This document shows, in pieces, positions 1 to 10,084 of a DNA stretch of 64,000 nucleotides. Each line of letters opens with the position of its first letter. Positions within the stretch are counted from its first letter, which is position 1. The notes under the pieces were generated by a model. The model was given only the letters and a program-made list of their open reading frames with translations, was not told where the DNA came from and searched no databases. Both the position numbers and the translations under genes were made by a program. The DNA comes from an uncultured Verrucomicrobiae bacterium (GTDB taxonomy: Bacteria > Verrucomicrobiota > Verrucomicrobiia > Limisphaerales > DSYF01), in assembly GCA_963751435.1 (NCBI GenBank), contig CAVVUP010000029.1, positions 133,750-197,749 on the forward strand, read 5' to 3'.

Positions 1-1034
1 CGGACCGCGAACTCGCGGGCGTTCAGCCCGGTCTTGCGGATCGAGGGAAACGCGTAGAAAGCCCCCTGGGGCAGGTGGCAGTCGAGCCCGAGCTCATTGA
101 AGGACTTCACGATGAAGTTGCGTCGAAGCCGGTACTGCTCGCGCATGTAGGCGATGTCCTCGGCCCCATGCTGCAGCGCCTCGATGGCCGCGTCCTGGCT
201 CACGATGGGCGCGCACATCATCGCATACTGATGCACACGCAACATCCCTTCCAAAATGTCGGGCGGCGCGCAGGCGTAGCCGATGCGGAACCCGGTCATG
301 GCAAACGCCTTCGAAAATCCGTGCAGGAAGATGGTGCGCTCCTTCATGCCCGGCTGCGCCGCGATCGACACATGCCGCACCCCGTCGTAGGTCAACTCGC
401 TGTAGATCTCGTCGGTGATCACCACCAAGTCGCGCTCGACGCACAGGCGCGCAATCCGCGCCACCTCCTGCGCGCCCAGGGTGGCACCGGTCGGATTGGT
501 GGGAAAACTCAGGATCATCGCCCGGGTGCGATCAGTCAGGGCCGCGCGGACGGCATCCGCGGTCAGCGAGAAATGGTTTTCCGGCCGGGTGGCAATCGAT
601 CGCGGCACCCCCTGGCAGAGGGCGATGCTCGGATGGTAGCTCACGTAGCACGGTTCGTGGTAAAGGATTTCGTCTCCGGGATTGATGATCGCCCGCAGGG
701 CGATGTCCATGGCCTCGCTGACGCCCACGGTCACCAGGATCTCGGAGGCGGGATCGTAGGTGAGGCCGTAATCACTCGACAGGTAACGCGCAATGGCCCG
801 ACGCAATTTGAGCAGGCCGTAATTGGAGGTGTAGCTGGTCCGCCCCCGTTCCAGGGCATAAATGCCCGCCTCGCGAATGTGCCACGGGGTGACGAATCCC
901 GGTTCCCCCACCCCCAACGAAATGACATTGTCCATCGACTGGACGATGTCGAAGAAGTCGCGGATCCCCGAGCGCGGGATGGTGCGCACGTGGTCGGCGA
1001 TGTAGTCACGCTTTGTTTGGGATGCCTTCGACAC
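1..1034 (-). CDS. Class I/II PLP-dependent aminotransferase; the C-terminal end runs off the left window edge
   Basis: The minus-strand frame is absent from the ORF track because it has no stop in the window. It reads VSKASQTKRDYIADHVRTIPRSGIRDFFDIV...GVGEPGF...SFPTNPTG...GFSKAFAMTGFRIGY. A GTG start at 1034-1032 is in frame with the Met codon at 299-297. It is divergent from an Lrp/AsnC regulator. Confidence 0.85.
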   Translation of the reverse strand, partial: MSKASQTKRDYIADHVRTIPRSGIRDFFDIVQSMDNVISLGVGEPGFVTPWHIREAGIYALERGRTSYTSNYGLLKLRRAIARYLSSDYGLTYDPASEILVTVGVSEAMDIALRAIINPGDEILYHEPCYVSYHPSIALCQGVPRSIATRPENHFSLTADAVRAALTDRTRAMILSFPTNPTGATLGAQEVARIARLCVERDLVVITDEIYSELTYDGVRHVSIAAQPGMKERTIFLHGFSKAFAMTGFRIGYACAPPDILEGMLRVHQYAMMCAPIVSQDAAIEALQHGAEDIAYMREQYRLRRNFIVKSFNELGLDCHLPQGAFYAFPSIRKTGLNAREFAV

Positions 1035-1117
1035 AGCGTGCGGGAGCGTAGCAGCGACCCGGTCCAGAGCAAGCCAAGCTTGCCAGCCCGGCCGCACGGC
1101 CTACCCTGTGGATCATT

Positions 1118-1597
1118 ATGGATCCGCTGCTGAAACTGCTCGAAGAACACGCCCTGCACTCGAACGAAGATCTGGCCAAGATGCTCGACCTCAGCGTCGA
1201 GGAGGTCCAGCGCCGCATCAAGGCCTACGAGGACGACAAGGTCATCCTCGGCTACAAAGCCGTGATCAACGATGACAAACTCGACACCGACCTGGTCAAA
1301 GCCGTCATCGAAGTCAAGGTCCAGCCGGAACGGGAGGGTGGATTCGACCGCATCGCGGATCGGATCGCCAAGTTTGACGAGGTCACGTCCCTGTTCCTGA
1401 TGAGCGGCGGCTACGACCTGTTGATCTTTGTCGAGGGCCGGTCCCTGCGGCAGGTGGCGCAATTCGTGGCCGAAAAGCTGGCTACCATCCAGGGCGTCAA
1501 CGCCACCGCCACCCATTTCATGCTCAAGACCTTCAAGGAACAGGGTGTCCTCATGGAGATGGGCGAGGCATCCGAACGGCTCAAGATCAGTCCCTGA
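1118..1597 (+). CDS. Lrp/AsnC-family transcriptional regulator
   Basis: 159 aa. N-terminal HTH (LDPLLKLLEEHALHSNEDLAKMLDLSVEEVQRRIKAYE) followed by a C-terminal AsnC-type ligand domain. Divergent from the aminotransferase with an 83-bp spacer. Confidence 0.85.
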   Translation: MDPLLKLLEEHALHSNEDLAKMLDLSVEEVQRRIKAYEDDKVILGYKAVINDDKLDTDLVKAVIEVKVQPEREGGFDRIADRIAKFDEVTSLFLMSGGYDLLIFVEGRSLRQVAQFVAEKLATIQGVNATATHFMLKTFKEQGVLMEMGEASERLKISP

Positions 1598-1690
1598 ACC
1601 GGTCTGTCGCCGGGCTTGCACGGGACCTTGACCAACCGGTAAGCTGCCGACCCTTTTGAAACCATCACTTTGAATACGAATTACTGAACC

Positions 1691-2683
1691 ATGAGCGCAC
1701 CCATTCGAGTTGCTGTCACCGGCGCCGCCGGCCAGATCGGTTATTCCCTCCTGTTCCGCATCGCCTCGGGCGCGATGTTCGGACCCAGCCAGCCGGTCGT
1801 CCTGCAGTTGATCGAGATTCCCGACGAGAAAGCGATGAGCGCGCTGAACGGCGTGTGCATGGAGCTGGAGGACTGCGCCTTTCCGCTGCTCAAGGGCATC
1901 CTCCCCACGTCGGATCTGAACGAAGGGTTCAAGAATGCCAACTGGGCGCTCCTCGTGGGCGCCGTGCCGCGCAAAGCGGGCATGGAACGCAAGGACCTGC
2001 TGGGCATCAACGGCAAGATCTTTACCAGTCAGGGCGAGGCCATCGCCCGTAACGCGGCCAGCGACGTCCGCACCCTGGTGGTCGGCAATCCGTGCAACAC
2101 CAATGCGCTGATCGCCATGAGCAACGCCAAAGGAGTGCCGGCGAACCAGTTCTTCGCCATGACCATGCTCGATGAGAACCGCGCCAAGACCCAACTCGCC
2201 AAGAAGGCCGGGGTGGACGTCACCGCCGTGAGCAACCTCGCCATCTGGGGCAACCACAGTGCCACGATGTATCCGGACTTCTTCAACGCGAAGATCGCCA
2301 CCCGGCCGGTGACCGATGTCATTGGCCACCGGGAATGGCTCGAGAAGGATTTCATCACCACCGTCCAGCAGCGCGGGGCCGCCATCATCAAGGCGCGCGG
2401 CCTGAGCAGCGCGGCCAGCGCGGCCAACGCCGTCGTGGACACCGTGCGCAACCTCACCACCCCCACCAAATCGGGCGATTGGTTCAGCGTAGCCGTGTGC
2501 TCGGATGGCAGCTATGGCATCCAGAAGGGCCTCCTCTTCAGCTACCCGATCACCAGCGACGGGAAGAGCTGGTCCATCGTGCAGGGACTGCCCCTGAACG
2601 AGTTTAGCCGCGCCAAGATCGCCGCCACCGAGGCCGAGTTGAAGGAGGAAAAGGGCATGGTGGCCGAACTGTTGAAGAAGTAG
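1691..2683 (+). CDS. mdh: Malate dehydrogenase (long, LDH-like MDH type)
   Basis: 330 aa. Has [21 protein letters not shown] (Rossmann GxGxxG), [12 protein letters not shown] and IWGNHSAT motifs. Confidence 0.93.
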   Translation: MSAPIRVAVTGAAGQIGYSLLFRIASGAMFGPSQPVVLQLIEIPDEKAMSALNGVCMELEDCAFPLLKGILPTSDLNEGFKNANWALLVGAVPRKAGMERKDLLGINGKIFTSQGEAIARNAASDVRTLVVGNPCNTNALIAMSNAKGVPANQFFAMTMLDENRAKTQLAKKAGVDVTAVSNLAIWGNHSATMYPDFFNAKIATRPVTDVIGHREWLEKDFITTVQQRGAAIIKARGLSSAASAANAVVDTVRNLTTPTKSGDWFSVAVCSDGSYGIQKGLLFSYPITSDGKSWSIVQGLPLNEFSRAKIAATEAELKEEKGMVAELLKK

Positions 2684-2775
2684 GCCGGACGTCGGGTCCG
2701 AGAGACGCAGGGGATGCCTCCGCAGGGCTGTGGCCAAAGCGATGGAGCGCGGATTATTTCCAATGTCAGCGTCGG

Positions 2776-3231
2776 TCAGAGGATGGGTGAACCGCCAATA
2801 AAATCCTCCGCCATCCCCTGGGCTTCCTCGTCCGGGATGGGGAGATACTTGCCGGTGGAGGTGGCAATGACCCTCCCGGCGGGGTCCAGCAATTCCCCGC
2901 TGGCCTGGAACAGCCGGCCCCGACGGTCTTCGACCAGCCTCCCCACGGCGGTCAGCACCACACCAGGGCTGGCATGACGAAGGAATCGCACGGTCATCTC
3001 CGCACAGTAGGCAAAACGCTTGGTCCGCACCGCGCAGGCCCACACCATGACTTCATCCAGCACCGTGGACAGCAGACCGCCATGGGTCACGGCCCTGAAC
3101 CCGATGTGTTCCGTTTGAGGGGTGAACATCGCGCGGACCTGTTCACCGTCCGTGTGGAAGCGGAGCTTGAGTCCGAGGGGATTGGATTCGCCACAGACAA
3201 AGCACGAGCGGGTGTGAGGCAGCTCTCTCAT
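2776..3231 (-). CDS. PaaI/hotdog-fold acyl-CoA thioesterase
   Basis: I chose the internal ATG at 3231 (MRELPHTRSCFVCGESNPLGLKLRF...HGGLLSTVLDEVM). The 72 codons upstream in the track ORF are Arg/Pro-rich and look non-coding. Confidence 0.75.
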   Translation of the reverse strand: MRELPHTRSCFVCGESNPLGLKLRFHTDGEQVRAMFTPQTEHIGFRAVTHGGLLSTVLDEVMVWACAVRTKRFAYCAEMTVRFLRHASPGVVLTAVGRLVEDRRGRLFQASGELLDPAGRVIATSTGKYLPIPDEEAQGMAEDFIGGSPIL

Positions 3232-3472
3232 CGCCCACCCAGCGTGACGGACTTGCGGCCGCGATGCAACCGTGCCGGCAGGTGCTGCGACCACGCACGT
3301 TTCCCGAGGCCGGCTGCTCCGCTGAACATCCCCCCTGCGCAGTCGGGCTGCTGCAGCCGGCTGAAGCCGGCGTTCCGGATGCGGGAGACTGAGATCCGCC
3401 TCGCGTCCGATTTTCCGGGATTGGGAGCTTCCCACGGGCTGGGCCACCCTTTAGCATCCTCCGGACAACGTC

Positions 3473-4903
3473 ATGAATTGGATCAAACGCATTGTCCCCC
3501 TGCTGGTCGCAGGTTCGCTTTTCGTCGCCAGCAGTTGGGCGCAGCCGAACATCATTTTTGTGATGGCCGATGACCTTGGGTATGCCGATCTGAGTTGTTA
3601 CGGACAAAAGGCGTTTCGGACGCCCAACCTGGACTTGATGGCGGCTGAAGGGATGCGTTTCACGCAGGCCTACTCGGGTTGCACCGTGTGCGCCCCTGCC
3701 CGGAGCACCCTGATGACGGGCCAGCACATGGGGCACACCTCTGTGCGTTCCAACACCGGCGGCGTGCCGTTGCTGGACGGGGATGTAACGGTGGCGGAGG
3801 TGTTGAAACGGTCCGGATACGCGACCGGCGGCTTTGGCAAGTGGGGGTTGGGCGATCTGGGGACGGACGGTGTTCCCGAGAAGCAGGGATTCGATCGGTT
3901 CTTCGGCTACTACCACCAAATTCATGCGCACACGTACTATCCCGACTACCTCATCGACACCGGCAAGAAGGTGTCTCTGCCGGGAAACCAGGGTTTCAGG
4001 AAGAGCCACCCGGGTCAGAGCGGCCTGCCGGACCTGAATCAGGGTCAACCTGCGCAGTTTGCCCACTCCCTCATCAAGCAGGCCATGTTTGAGTGGATCC
4101 GGGCAAACAAGGACAAACCACTCTTTTGCTATGCGCCGTGGACGTTGCCTCACGCCAACTTCGAGATGCCTGCCTCCCACCCGGCCTGGCAGGCTGTGAA
4201 GGACCGGCCCTGGAGTGACAAAGCCAAGGGGCATGCCGCCTTCACCCTCATGCTTGACCGCGACATGGGCGAGTTGTTCGCCCTTCTGCGGGAACTTCAG
4301 ATCGATGACAATACCGTGGTTTTCTTCTGCTCGGACAACGGCCCGGATGACCGTTACGAAGGTGATCTCGATTCCGCCGCTCCCTGCCGCGGCTTCAAGC
4401 GGTCGCTTTATGAAGGCGGGATTCGCGTGCCGCTGATCGTTCGCTGGCCGGGCGTGATCCGTCCCGCTCAAAACTGTCCGCTGCCGGTTTACTTCCCCGA
4501 TATCCTGCCGACCCTGGTGGAACTGGCGGGGGTGCAAGCGGGATTGCCCTCGAACCTGGACGGCGTCAGCTTCGTGCCCGCATTGTGCAATCGGCCCAAG
4601 CTGCAGATCCTTCACGATGCGCTCTACTGGGAACACACCGCGGTGCAGTCGGCGCGGGGCGGCATTGTTGAACCCGGGAGCACGGCTCAAGCGGTGCGCA
4701 TGGGGAAATGGAAAGGGATCCGCAATCACAGGGATGCCGCGATCGAGCTTTACGATTTGGGGGTGGATCCAGGTGAGACCAACAATCTTGCCGGCTCTTT
4801 TCCAGACCTGATCCAGGAGATGACGCGCGTGTTCCAGGACTTCCGCACCGACCCTCGTCCGCAACCCGAGCCCGAGATGCCGGAAGGCCAACAGTTTCGT
4901 TAG
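3473..4903 (+). CDS. Secreted formylglycine-type sulfatase (arylsulfatase A family)
   Basis: 476 aa with an N-terminal signal peptide (MNWIKRIVPLLVAGSLFVASSWA). Has NIIFVMADDLGYADL and the CxPxR motif in SGCTVCAPARSTLMTG. Confidence 0.92.
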   Translation: MNWIKRIVPLLVAGSLFVASSWAQPNIIFVMADDLGYADLSCYGQKAFRTPNLDLMAAEGMRFTQAYSGCTVCAPARSTLMTGQHMGHTSVRSNTGGVPLLDGDVTVAEVLKRSGYATGGFGKWGLGDLGTDGVPEKQGFDRFFGYYHQIHAHTYYPDYLIDTGKKVSLPGNQGFRKSHPGQSGLPDLNQGQPAQFAHSLIKQAMFEWIRANKDKPLFCYAPWTLPHANFEMPASHPAWQAVKDRPWSDKAKGHAAFTLMLDRDMGELFALLRELQIDDNTVVFFCSDNGPDDRYEGDLDSAAPCRGFKRSLYEGGIRVPLIVRWPGVIRPAQNCPLPVYFPDILPTLVELAGVQAGLPSNLDGVSFVPALCNRPKLQILHDALYWEHTAVQSARGGIVEPGSTAQAVRMGKWKGIRNHRDAAIELYDLGVDPGETNNLAGSFPDLIQEMTRVFQDFRTDPRPQPEPEMPEGQQFR

Positions 4904-4951
4904 ACCGACCGACCGGGACGACCTGCGGGCGGCATTGCGTGGTATTTCCCA

Positions 4952-6742
4952 TTGCCCTATGCTGCACGGATGAAACGAATGTGGGCTCCCCTGCTTGTGC
5001 TGCTGTTGTGTGCCGCCGGGGCGTGGGGGGGCGGGCCGGGTGAGGATTACGTGCGGGTCTATTCACTCCTGCAACAGGGCGAAATGCTGGAGAAATCGGG
5101 GCGAACCGCCGAAGCCCTGGCCGCTTACTTGGACGCCGAGAAGGGCCTGTCCAGGATCAAGCGCGCGAACCCCGACTGGAATCCCAAGGTCGTCGAGTTC
5201 CGTTTGCGTCACTTGCAAACCCGCATCAACGCCCTCACACCCCCGCCTCCGGTCGCATCCACACCCGTGCCACCGCCCGCCGCAGCGGGTCTCCCGGCCC
5301 CCTCGAGCGCGTCCGCCCAAACCGTGACGGACCAAACGATCGCGTTGAAGCAGGACCTGGAGCGGTTGCAGTCGGACAACAGTGTGTTGCAAGCGAAACT
5401 GAAGGAGGCTCTGGCGGTCCGCCCCGCCGCTGCTGATCCCCTGGAGCTTCAGAAGTCCGAGGAACGGAATCGCGCATTGACCAAGGAGGTCCAACTGTTG
5501 CAAGTGCAGCTAAACGAAGCCCGGTCACGCACCAACGCCGCACCAGACGCCGCGTCTTTGAAGGAGGCCCGACAGGCGCTGGAGGCCGAAACACGCCGGG
5601 CCGATCGATTGTCCGAGGAAGGGGCGGCGATGGCCTCGCAGGTGGCAGCGCTCACCCAGGTCGTCGAAGCCGACGAGGCTTTGCGCCAGGAAAACGCCCT
5701 GCTCAAGCAACAGGTTTCCGATCTCAAGTCCGCAGCCGCGAAGCAGCCAGCGGAGGCGGCGGACCGGCTCAACCAGGCACTGACGGAACTGGCCTTGCTG
5801 CGGAGCGAGGCGGACATCCTGCGCCTAGAAAAGACCGGCTTGGAACAACGGATGAAATCGTGGCAGAGTCGCTCGGCGACACCCACGGCGACTGCCGCCG
5901 CGGAGCTGGCCAACAGCCGGCAGCAGGTGGGCGAGCTGGAGCGTCAGCTTGCCCAGTTGCAGGCCCAGTTGAACCAGGCCAACCGCGAGCTGGTGGAACG
6001 CAGCATTGCGAGCGTGGGCGAGCCCAACGGCCTGGCCCAGGCGGAGGCGGATCGACTCAAGGCGCGTCTGGCGGTCTACGAAGCCCAGAAGGTTCCCTAT
6101 TCCGTCGAGGAACTGGTCCTCTTTCGGATGAGCCAGGGAGTGGAATCCTCGGACGCTGCGAAGCCCGCGCCCCCGCCAGGGGTGGGTCCGCTCGTGGCTC
6201 AGGCGGAACGCCAGTTCCAGCAGGGCGAGTTTTCCAAGGCCGAATCCACCTTGAAGGAAATGTTGAAGGCGGACGGCTCGAATGCCTTCACGCTGGCCAA
6301 CCTGGCGGCCACCCAGATGGAGCAGGGGCGGGATGCGGAGGCCGAAGTGCACTTGCGCAAGGCGTTGGCCAATGCGCCTCGGGATCCTTTCACGCTGGCG
6401 ACCATGGGCATTCTCAAGTTCCGGCAGGAACAGTACGAGGACGCCCTTGATTACCTCGGACTGGCCGCGCAATACAATCCCAGCAGCGCCTTGATCCACA
6501 ATTACCTGGGCATGGCGCTGAGCGAACAGGGGATGCGCGGTCCGGCAGAGACGGCGCTGCGCCGCGCCATTCAGCTCCAGCCTGGCTTCAGCGACGCGCA
6601 CTTTAATCTGGCACTCGTCTATGCTCTGCAGGATCCGCCCCTGACGGAGCTGGCCCGGTGGCACTATCAGAAGGCCCTGGCGTCGGGCCATCCGCGGAGC
6701 ACGGAGATGGAGCAACTGCTGGATCGGCGTGCCGAGAAGTGA
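4952..6742 (+). CDS. Secreted coiled-coil / TPR-repeat protein
   Basis: 596 aa. Signal-like MKRMWAPLLVLLLCAAGAWG (alternative start 4970), a long Ala/Glu/Leu/Gln coiled-coil centre, and C-terminal TPR-like repeats (AEVHLRKALANAP..., ALDYLGLAAQYNP..., ETALRRAIQLQPG...). Confidence 0.7.
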   Translation: MPYAARMKRMWAPLLVLLLCAAGAWGGGPGEDYVRVYSLLQQGEMLEKSGRTAEALAAYLDAEKGLSRIKRANPDWNPKVVEFRLRHLQTRINALTPPPPVASTPVPPPAAAGLPAPSSASAQTVTDQTIALKQDLERLQSDNSVLQAKLKEALAVRPAAADPLELQKSEERNRALTKEVQLLQVQLNEARSRTNAAPDAASLKEARQALEAETRRADRLSEEGAAMASQVAALTQVVEADEALRQENALLKQQVSDLKSAAAKQPAEAADRLNQALTELALLRSEADILRLEKTGLEQRMKSWQSRSATPTATAAAELANSRQQVGELERQLAQLQAQLNQANRELVERSIASVGEPNGLAQAEADRLKARLAVYEAQKVPYSVEELVLFRMSQGVESSDAAKPAPPPGVGPLVAQAERQFQQGEFSKAESTLKEMLKADGSNAFTLANLAATQMEQGRDAEAEVHLRKALANAPRDPFTLATMGILKFRQEQYEDALDYLGLAAQYNPSSALIHNYLGMALSEQGMRGPAETALRRAIQLQPGFSDAHFNLALVYALQDPPLTELARWHYQKALASGHPRSTEMEQLLDRRAEK

Positions 6743-6750
6743 GCTGGACG

Positions 6751-6882
6751 ATGCGGCAGGCGTTTGAAGAACTCGAACGGCGCACCCACGGACGCGGGCT
6801 GCACGAGATCACGGATCCTGTCCTGGAATGGTATCGGAGAATAGCCCCCGCTGCGCTTCGGGTTATCTCCGTTCCCTCATAA
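6751..6882 (+). pseudogene. Possible N-terminal remnant of a YjbQ/UPF0047-family gene
   Basis: A 43-aa ORF, MRQAFEELERRTHGRGLHEITDPVLEW..., resembles the start of YjbQ-type proteins. It stops about 100 aa short, and the next gene begins 30 nt later. Confidence 0.3.
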
Positions 6883-6912
6883 ACGGGTCACGCATTAGTG
6901 TGGGCGGCCCAC

Positions 6913-7845
6913 TCAGAAGACCACGGGCACACCTTCGTCAAGGATCCGAAGCTGATGGGTCACGCCATTCTCTTGAGCCAGGCGGCGGAGCCATCGGGGG
7001 GGTTCGTCCATATCCTCAAACGACAGCCGGAACGTGCCGTAGTGCATGGGAACGAGCCAGGACGCCCGCAAATCGCTGAAGGCGCGAACCGCCTCATCCG
7101 GTCCCATATGCACGTGGCGGAAGGACTCCGGGTGGTAGGCCCCGATGGGCAACAGTGCAATCTCGGGCGCCAGCCGCCGGCCGATCTCCTTGAATCCGTC
7201 GAAGTACGCGCTGTCCCCGGCGTGGTAGATGCGGCGTCCTTGGTGTTCGATCACAAACCCGCCGTAACCGCGATGGGCATCGGTGATGGCACGCGCGCCC
7301 CAGTGATTGGAGGGGGTGAAGGTTACACACCAATCCGCGTGGCTGAAACTTTCCCACCACTCCAGTTCGATCACTCGAGAGAAACCCAGATCGAAGGCCA
7401 GGTCCCCCACCCCCCAGGGCAACACGCCGATTTTGGGATGCGGCAATTGCCGGAGGGTTGGCTTGTGAAAGTGATCGAAGTGTGCGTGGGTCAGCAAGAC
7501 CACATCGATGGGAGGCAGGTCGCTGATCTTCAAGCCGGCCCTCTTGATCCGCTTCAGCAGGAACAGCCAGTTGGCAAAATTGGGGTCCACCAGGACGTTC
7601 AGGTCGGTGAACTGGATGAGGAAGGAGGCATGTCCGATCCACGTGACCGCCACCTCCCCGCGCTTGAGGGTGGGAAAACTGGGCGGCTTGTGCTCGCCCC
7701 GGCGCCGGGTCAACAAAGCCTTCCAGACGAGTTCGCGGAAGAACGTGGCCGGGGCAAAATGCCGCGAAGGGGTCAGGTCCTTCAATGAACGCGGGATATG
7801 CCGCTTCCTCCGTGTGCGCTTCACTGTGATCGGACGTCGTTCCAT
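6913..7845 (-). CDS. MBL-fold metallo-hydrolase
   Basis: 310 aa. Has VTWIGHASFLIQ, VVLLTHAHFDHF and IYHAGDSAYF motifs. Confidence 0.85.
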   Translation of the reverse strand: MERRPITVKRTRRKRHIPRSLKDLTPSRHFAPATFFRELVWKALLTRRRGEHKPPSFPTLKRGEVAVTWIGHASFLIQFTDLNVLVDPNFANWLFLLKRIKRAGLKISDLPPIDVVLLTHAHFDHFHKPTLRQLPHPKIGVLPWGVGDLAFDLGFSRVIELEWWESFSHADWCVTFTPSNHWGARAITDAHRGYGGFVIEHQGRRIYHAGDSAYFDGFKEIGRRLAPEIALLPIGAYHPESFRHVHMGPDEAVRAFSDLRASWLVPMHYGTFRLSFEDMDEPPRWLRRLAQENGVTHQLRILDEGVPVVF

Positions 7846-8025
7846 CGCCTGCTGCCAGTATTGATACGCCCCGCGGGCATAAAGTTCAAACTTGTCGATG
7901 CTGCAAACTCTCTCAGTCCGATATCTGAGTGACGTTCCATCCGGCTGATCCGGTCCTCATGACGCCGCCCATCCTCTTCGACAAACGCTCTCGCCAACGA
8001 GAGCAGAAGGAGACCATGCTGGGGC

Positions 8026-8607
8026 ATGCAGTCGCTTGAAGTCCAATTGCAACGGTTTCTTCGAAAGAGGCCCCGCCTCGGTCGGGAGGTTTACATTGCC
8101 AAGGGGGCGGTGGTGATTGGGGATGTCACCCTGGGCGACCAGTCCAGCGTCTGGTACAACGCGGTGGTACGGGGCGACATCAACCGCATTGTGATTGGGC
8201 GGGGCACCAACATCCAGGACAACGCGGTGCTCCATCTGGCCGATGATTATCCGTGTCTGCTTGGGGATTTTGTGACGGTGGGACATGCCGCCGTTGTCCA
8301 TGCCTGCACCGTTGAGGACGAGGTGCTGGTCGGGATGGGTGCCGTGATCCTGGATGGAGCTGTGATTGGAGCCCAATCCATCATCGGTGCCAAGGCCTTG
8401 GTCACGCAAGGCACCCGGGTGCCGGAGGGGTCATTGGTCCTGGGCGCACCCGCGAAGGTCATCCGACCGCTCAGCGCCATCGAGCGGCAGGAACTGAAGC
8501 ACTGGGCGGACAAGTACGTGGCCAATGCGGCATATTGCTTGAGACACCAGATCCAGGTGGGCCGGCCACTTGCAACACCACGGCGGACCACCCGCGGGGC
8601 TCAATAG
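8026..8607 (+). CDS. Gamma-carbonic-anhydrase-like / hexapeptide-repeat protein (YrdA/PaaY family)
   Basis: 193 aa. Has VIGDVTLGDQSSVWYNAVVRGD...IVIGRGTNIQDNAVLH...VTVGHAAVVH, a left-handed beta-helix pattern. Confidence 0.85.
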   Translation: MQSLEVQLQRFLRKRPRLGREVYIAKGAVVIGDVTLGDQSSVWYNAVVRGDINRIVIGRGTNIQDNAVLHLADDYPCLLGDFVTVGHAAVVHACTVEDEVLVGMGAVILDGAVIGAQSIIGAKALVTQGTRVPEGSLVLGAPAKVIRPLSAIERQELKHWADKYVANAAYCLRHQIQVGRPLATPRRTTRGAQ

Positions 8608-9107
8608 CCGGCCCGGGTGATCTCCCGCTCCAACGCCATCTGGAATTCCTGCAGATCGGCGGCGGAAGGCCGATACCCTTCTTTCTTCGGCGCCAACCCC
8701 AGCCGGCCCATCTGGTCGAGATACCAATCCGCCAGGTTGCCATCGCTGAAGGTGACTTTGCCGCTCACCAGCGCGCCGGGTTTGGTGATGGCGTCGACGG
8801 AGACCGAGACCCCTCCCTTGGGCTGAGCAGCTGGGGATCCCGCAGGGGGGGCCGACGCGGCCGGTTTCGCCGGGCCGACGGATCCCAAACTCCTTTGAGT
8901 CACATCGCCGGACGTGCGGGGTTCTGCATCCTTGAGAGTCAGATGCAGGTCATCCACGAGCAGCCGCACCTCCATGTAAGTCATCTTGAGTCCCAGTTCG
9001 GATGCCAGCCGGCTCTGGATCTCGGAAAGTTTCAATCCCGCCTCAATCCAGGCAGCGACTTGTTGCTTTTGGTTTTCGTCAAGGGTCATCGTCGTCGCCT
9101 GATTCAA
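8601..9107 (-). CDS. Hypothetical protein (HTH-like N-terminus, Pro/Ala linker, C-terminal domain)
   Basis: 168 aa with a coding-like composition. I recognise no motif beyond a possible HTH (QVAAWIEAGLKLSEIQSRLASELG). It overlaps the convergent gene end by 7 nt. Confidence 0.5.
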   Translation of the reverse strand: MNQATTMTLDENQKQQVAAWIEAGLKLSEIQSRLASELGLKMTYMEVRLLVDDLHLTLKDAEPRTSGDVTQRSLGSVGPAKPAASAPPAGSPAAQPKGGVSVSVDAITKPGALVSGKVTFSDGNLADWYLDQMGRLGLAPKKEGYRPSAADLQEFQMALEREITRAGY

Positions 9108-9147
9108 ACCGATCGTCCGCCCGGAGACAACTGCCGACTTTCGGTTA

Positions 9148-10038
9148 TCACACCAGGCCCAGGTTCTGAAGGATGCGGGTGGTGGACTGCGTCTTGTTCA
9201 GGGTGTAGAAATGCAAACCCGGCACGCCGGCTTTCAGAAGCTCTTCGCACTGGCGCGTGGCGTATTCGATGCCGAACTCGGCAGCCGCCGCGTCGTCGTC
9301 AGCCCGCCGGTCCAGTTCCCGCTGCAGATCCCCGGGTAGACTGGCACCGCAGAGGGAAACGAACTTGCGGATCTGCGAAGCGCTGAGGATGGAGATGATC
9401 CCGGGCACCAAGGGGACCTTCACACCCCGGCCAGTCAGATAGTCGCGCAACGCGAAGAAATCACGATTGTCAAAGAATAGTTGGGTGATCACAAAATCCG
9501 CCCCGGCGTCGATCTTGGCCTTGAGGTGGCCCCAATCGGCTTGCCTGCCCGCGCGACAAGCCGGGTGTCCCTCGGGGAATCCCGCCACGCCAATCCCGAA
9601 GCCTTCCGCCGCACGAATGAACCGCACCAGCTCCGCAGCATATTCAAACCCCCCCTCCGGCCTGGCAAACGCAGTTCCGGGCGGCGGATCCCCGCGCAGG
9701 GCGAGGATGTTCCGCACCCCGGCCGCGCGAGCTTCCTCCAGGATCTGTCCGATCTGCGCTCGGGTGGATTCCACACAGGTCAGGTGCGCGAGGGCCGTGA
9801 GATGATGGTCCCGCTGGATGCGGGCCACTATCTCGATCGTCTTGTGCCGCGTGCCCCCTCCGGCACCGTAGGTCACCGAGCAGTAATCCGGCTTCAGGGC
9901 CTTCAAGGCAGGGACGGTTTCCTCAAAAAACCGGCGCTCTCCCTCCTCGGTCTTGGGAGGAAAAAACTCCATGGAAATCACCGGCCGCCCTTCGGCCCGA
10001 CACGCCGCGTAGATGTCGCGTATGAATCGCATGCGCAT
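9148..10038 (-). CDS. metF: Methylenetetrahydrofolate reductase
   Basis: 296 aa. Has SMEFFPPKTEEG, CSVTYGAGGGTR, ALRGDPP and ITQLFFD motifs. Confidence 0.92.
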   Translation of the reverse strand: MRMRFIRDIYAACRAEGRPVISMEFFPPKTEEGERRFFEETVPALKALKPDYCSVTYGAGGGTRHKTIEIVARIQRDHHLTALAHLTCVESTRAQIGQILEEARAAGVRNILALRGDPPPGTAFARPEGGFEYAAELVRFIRAAEGFGIGVAGFPEGHPACRAGRQADWGHLKAKIDAGADFVITQLFFDNRDFFALRDYLTGRGVKVPLVPGIISILSASQIRKFVSLCGASLPGDLQRELDRRADDDAAAAEFGIEYATRQCEELLKAGVPGLHFYTLNKTQSTTRILQNLGLV

Positions 10039-10084
10039 GGCTTAACGGATTCGGCACGGGAAGGCCAGCACCGGAAGCGAGGCT

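Noticed and set aside
731-3043. A 770-aa minus-strand ORF spanning the Lrp and mdh region.
   Set aside because: It is a GC-rich shadow ORF. It is Arg/Gly/Pro/Ala-rich with no recognisable motif, and it is entirely antisense to two confidently identified genes (Lrp/AsnC and malate dehydrogenase).
3143-4891. A 582-aa minus-strand ORF opposite the sulfatase.
   Set aside because: It is antisense to a sulfatase with a signal peptide and CxPxR motif. Its low-complexity composition is typical of high-GC antisense frames.
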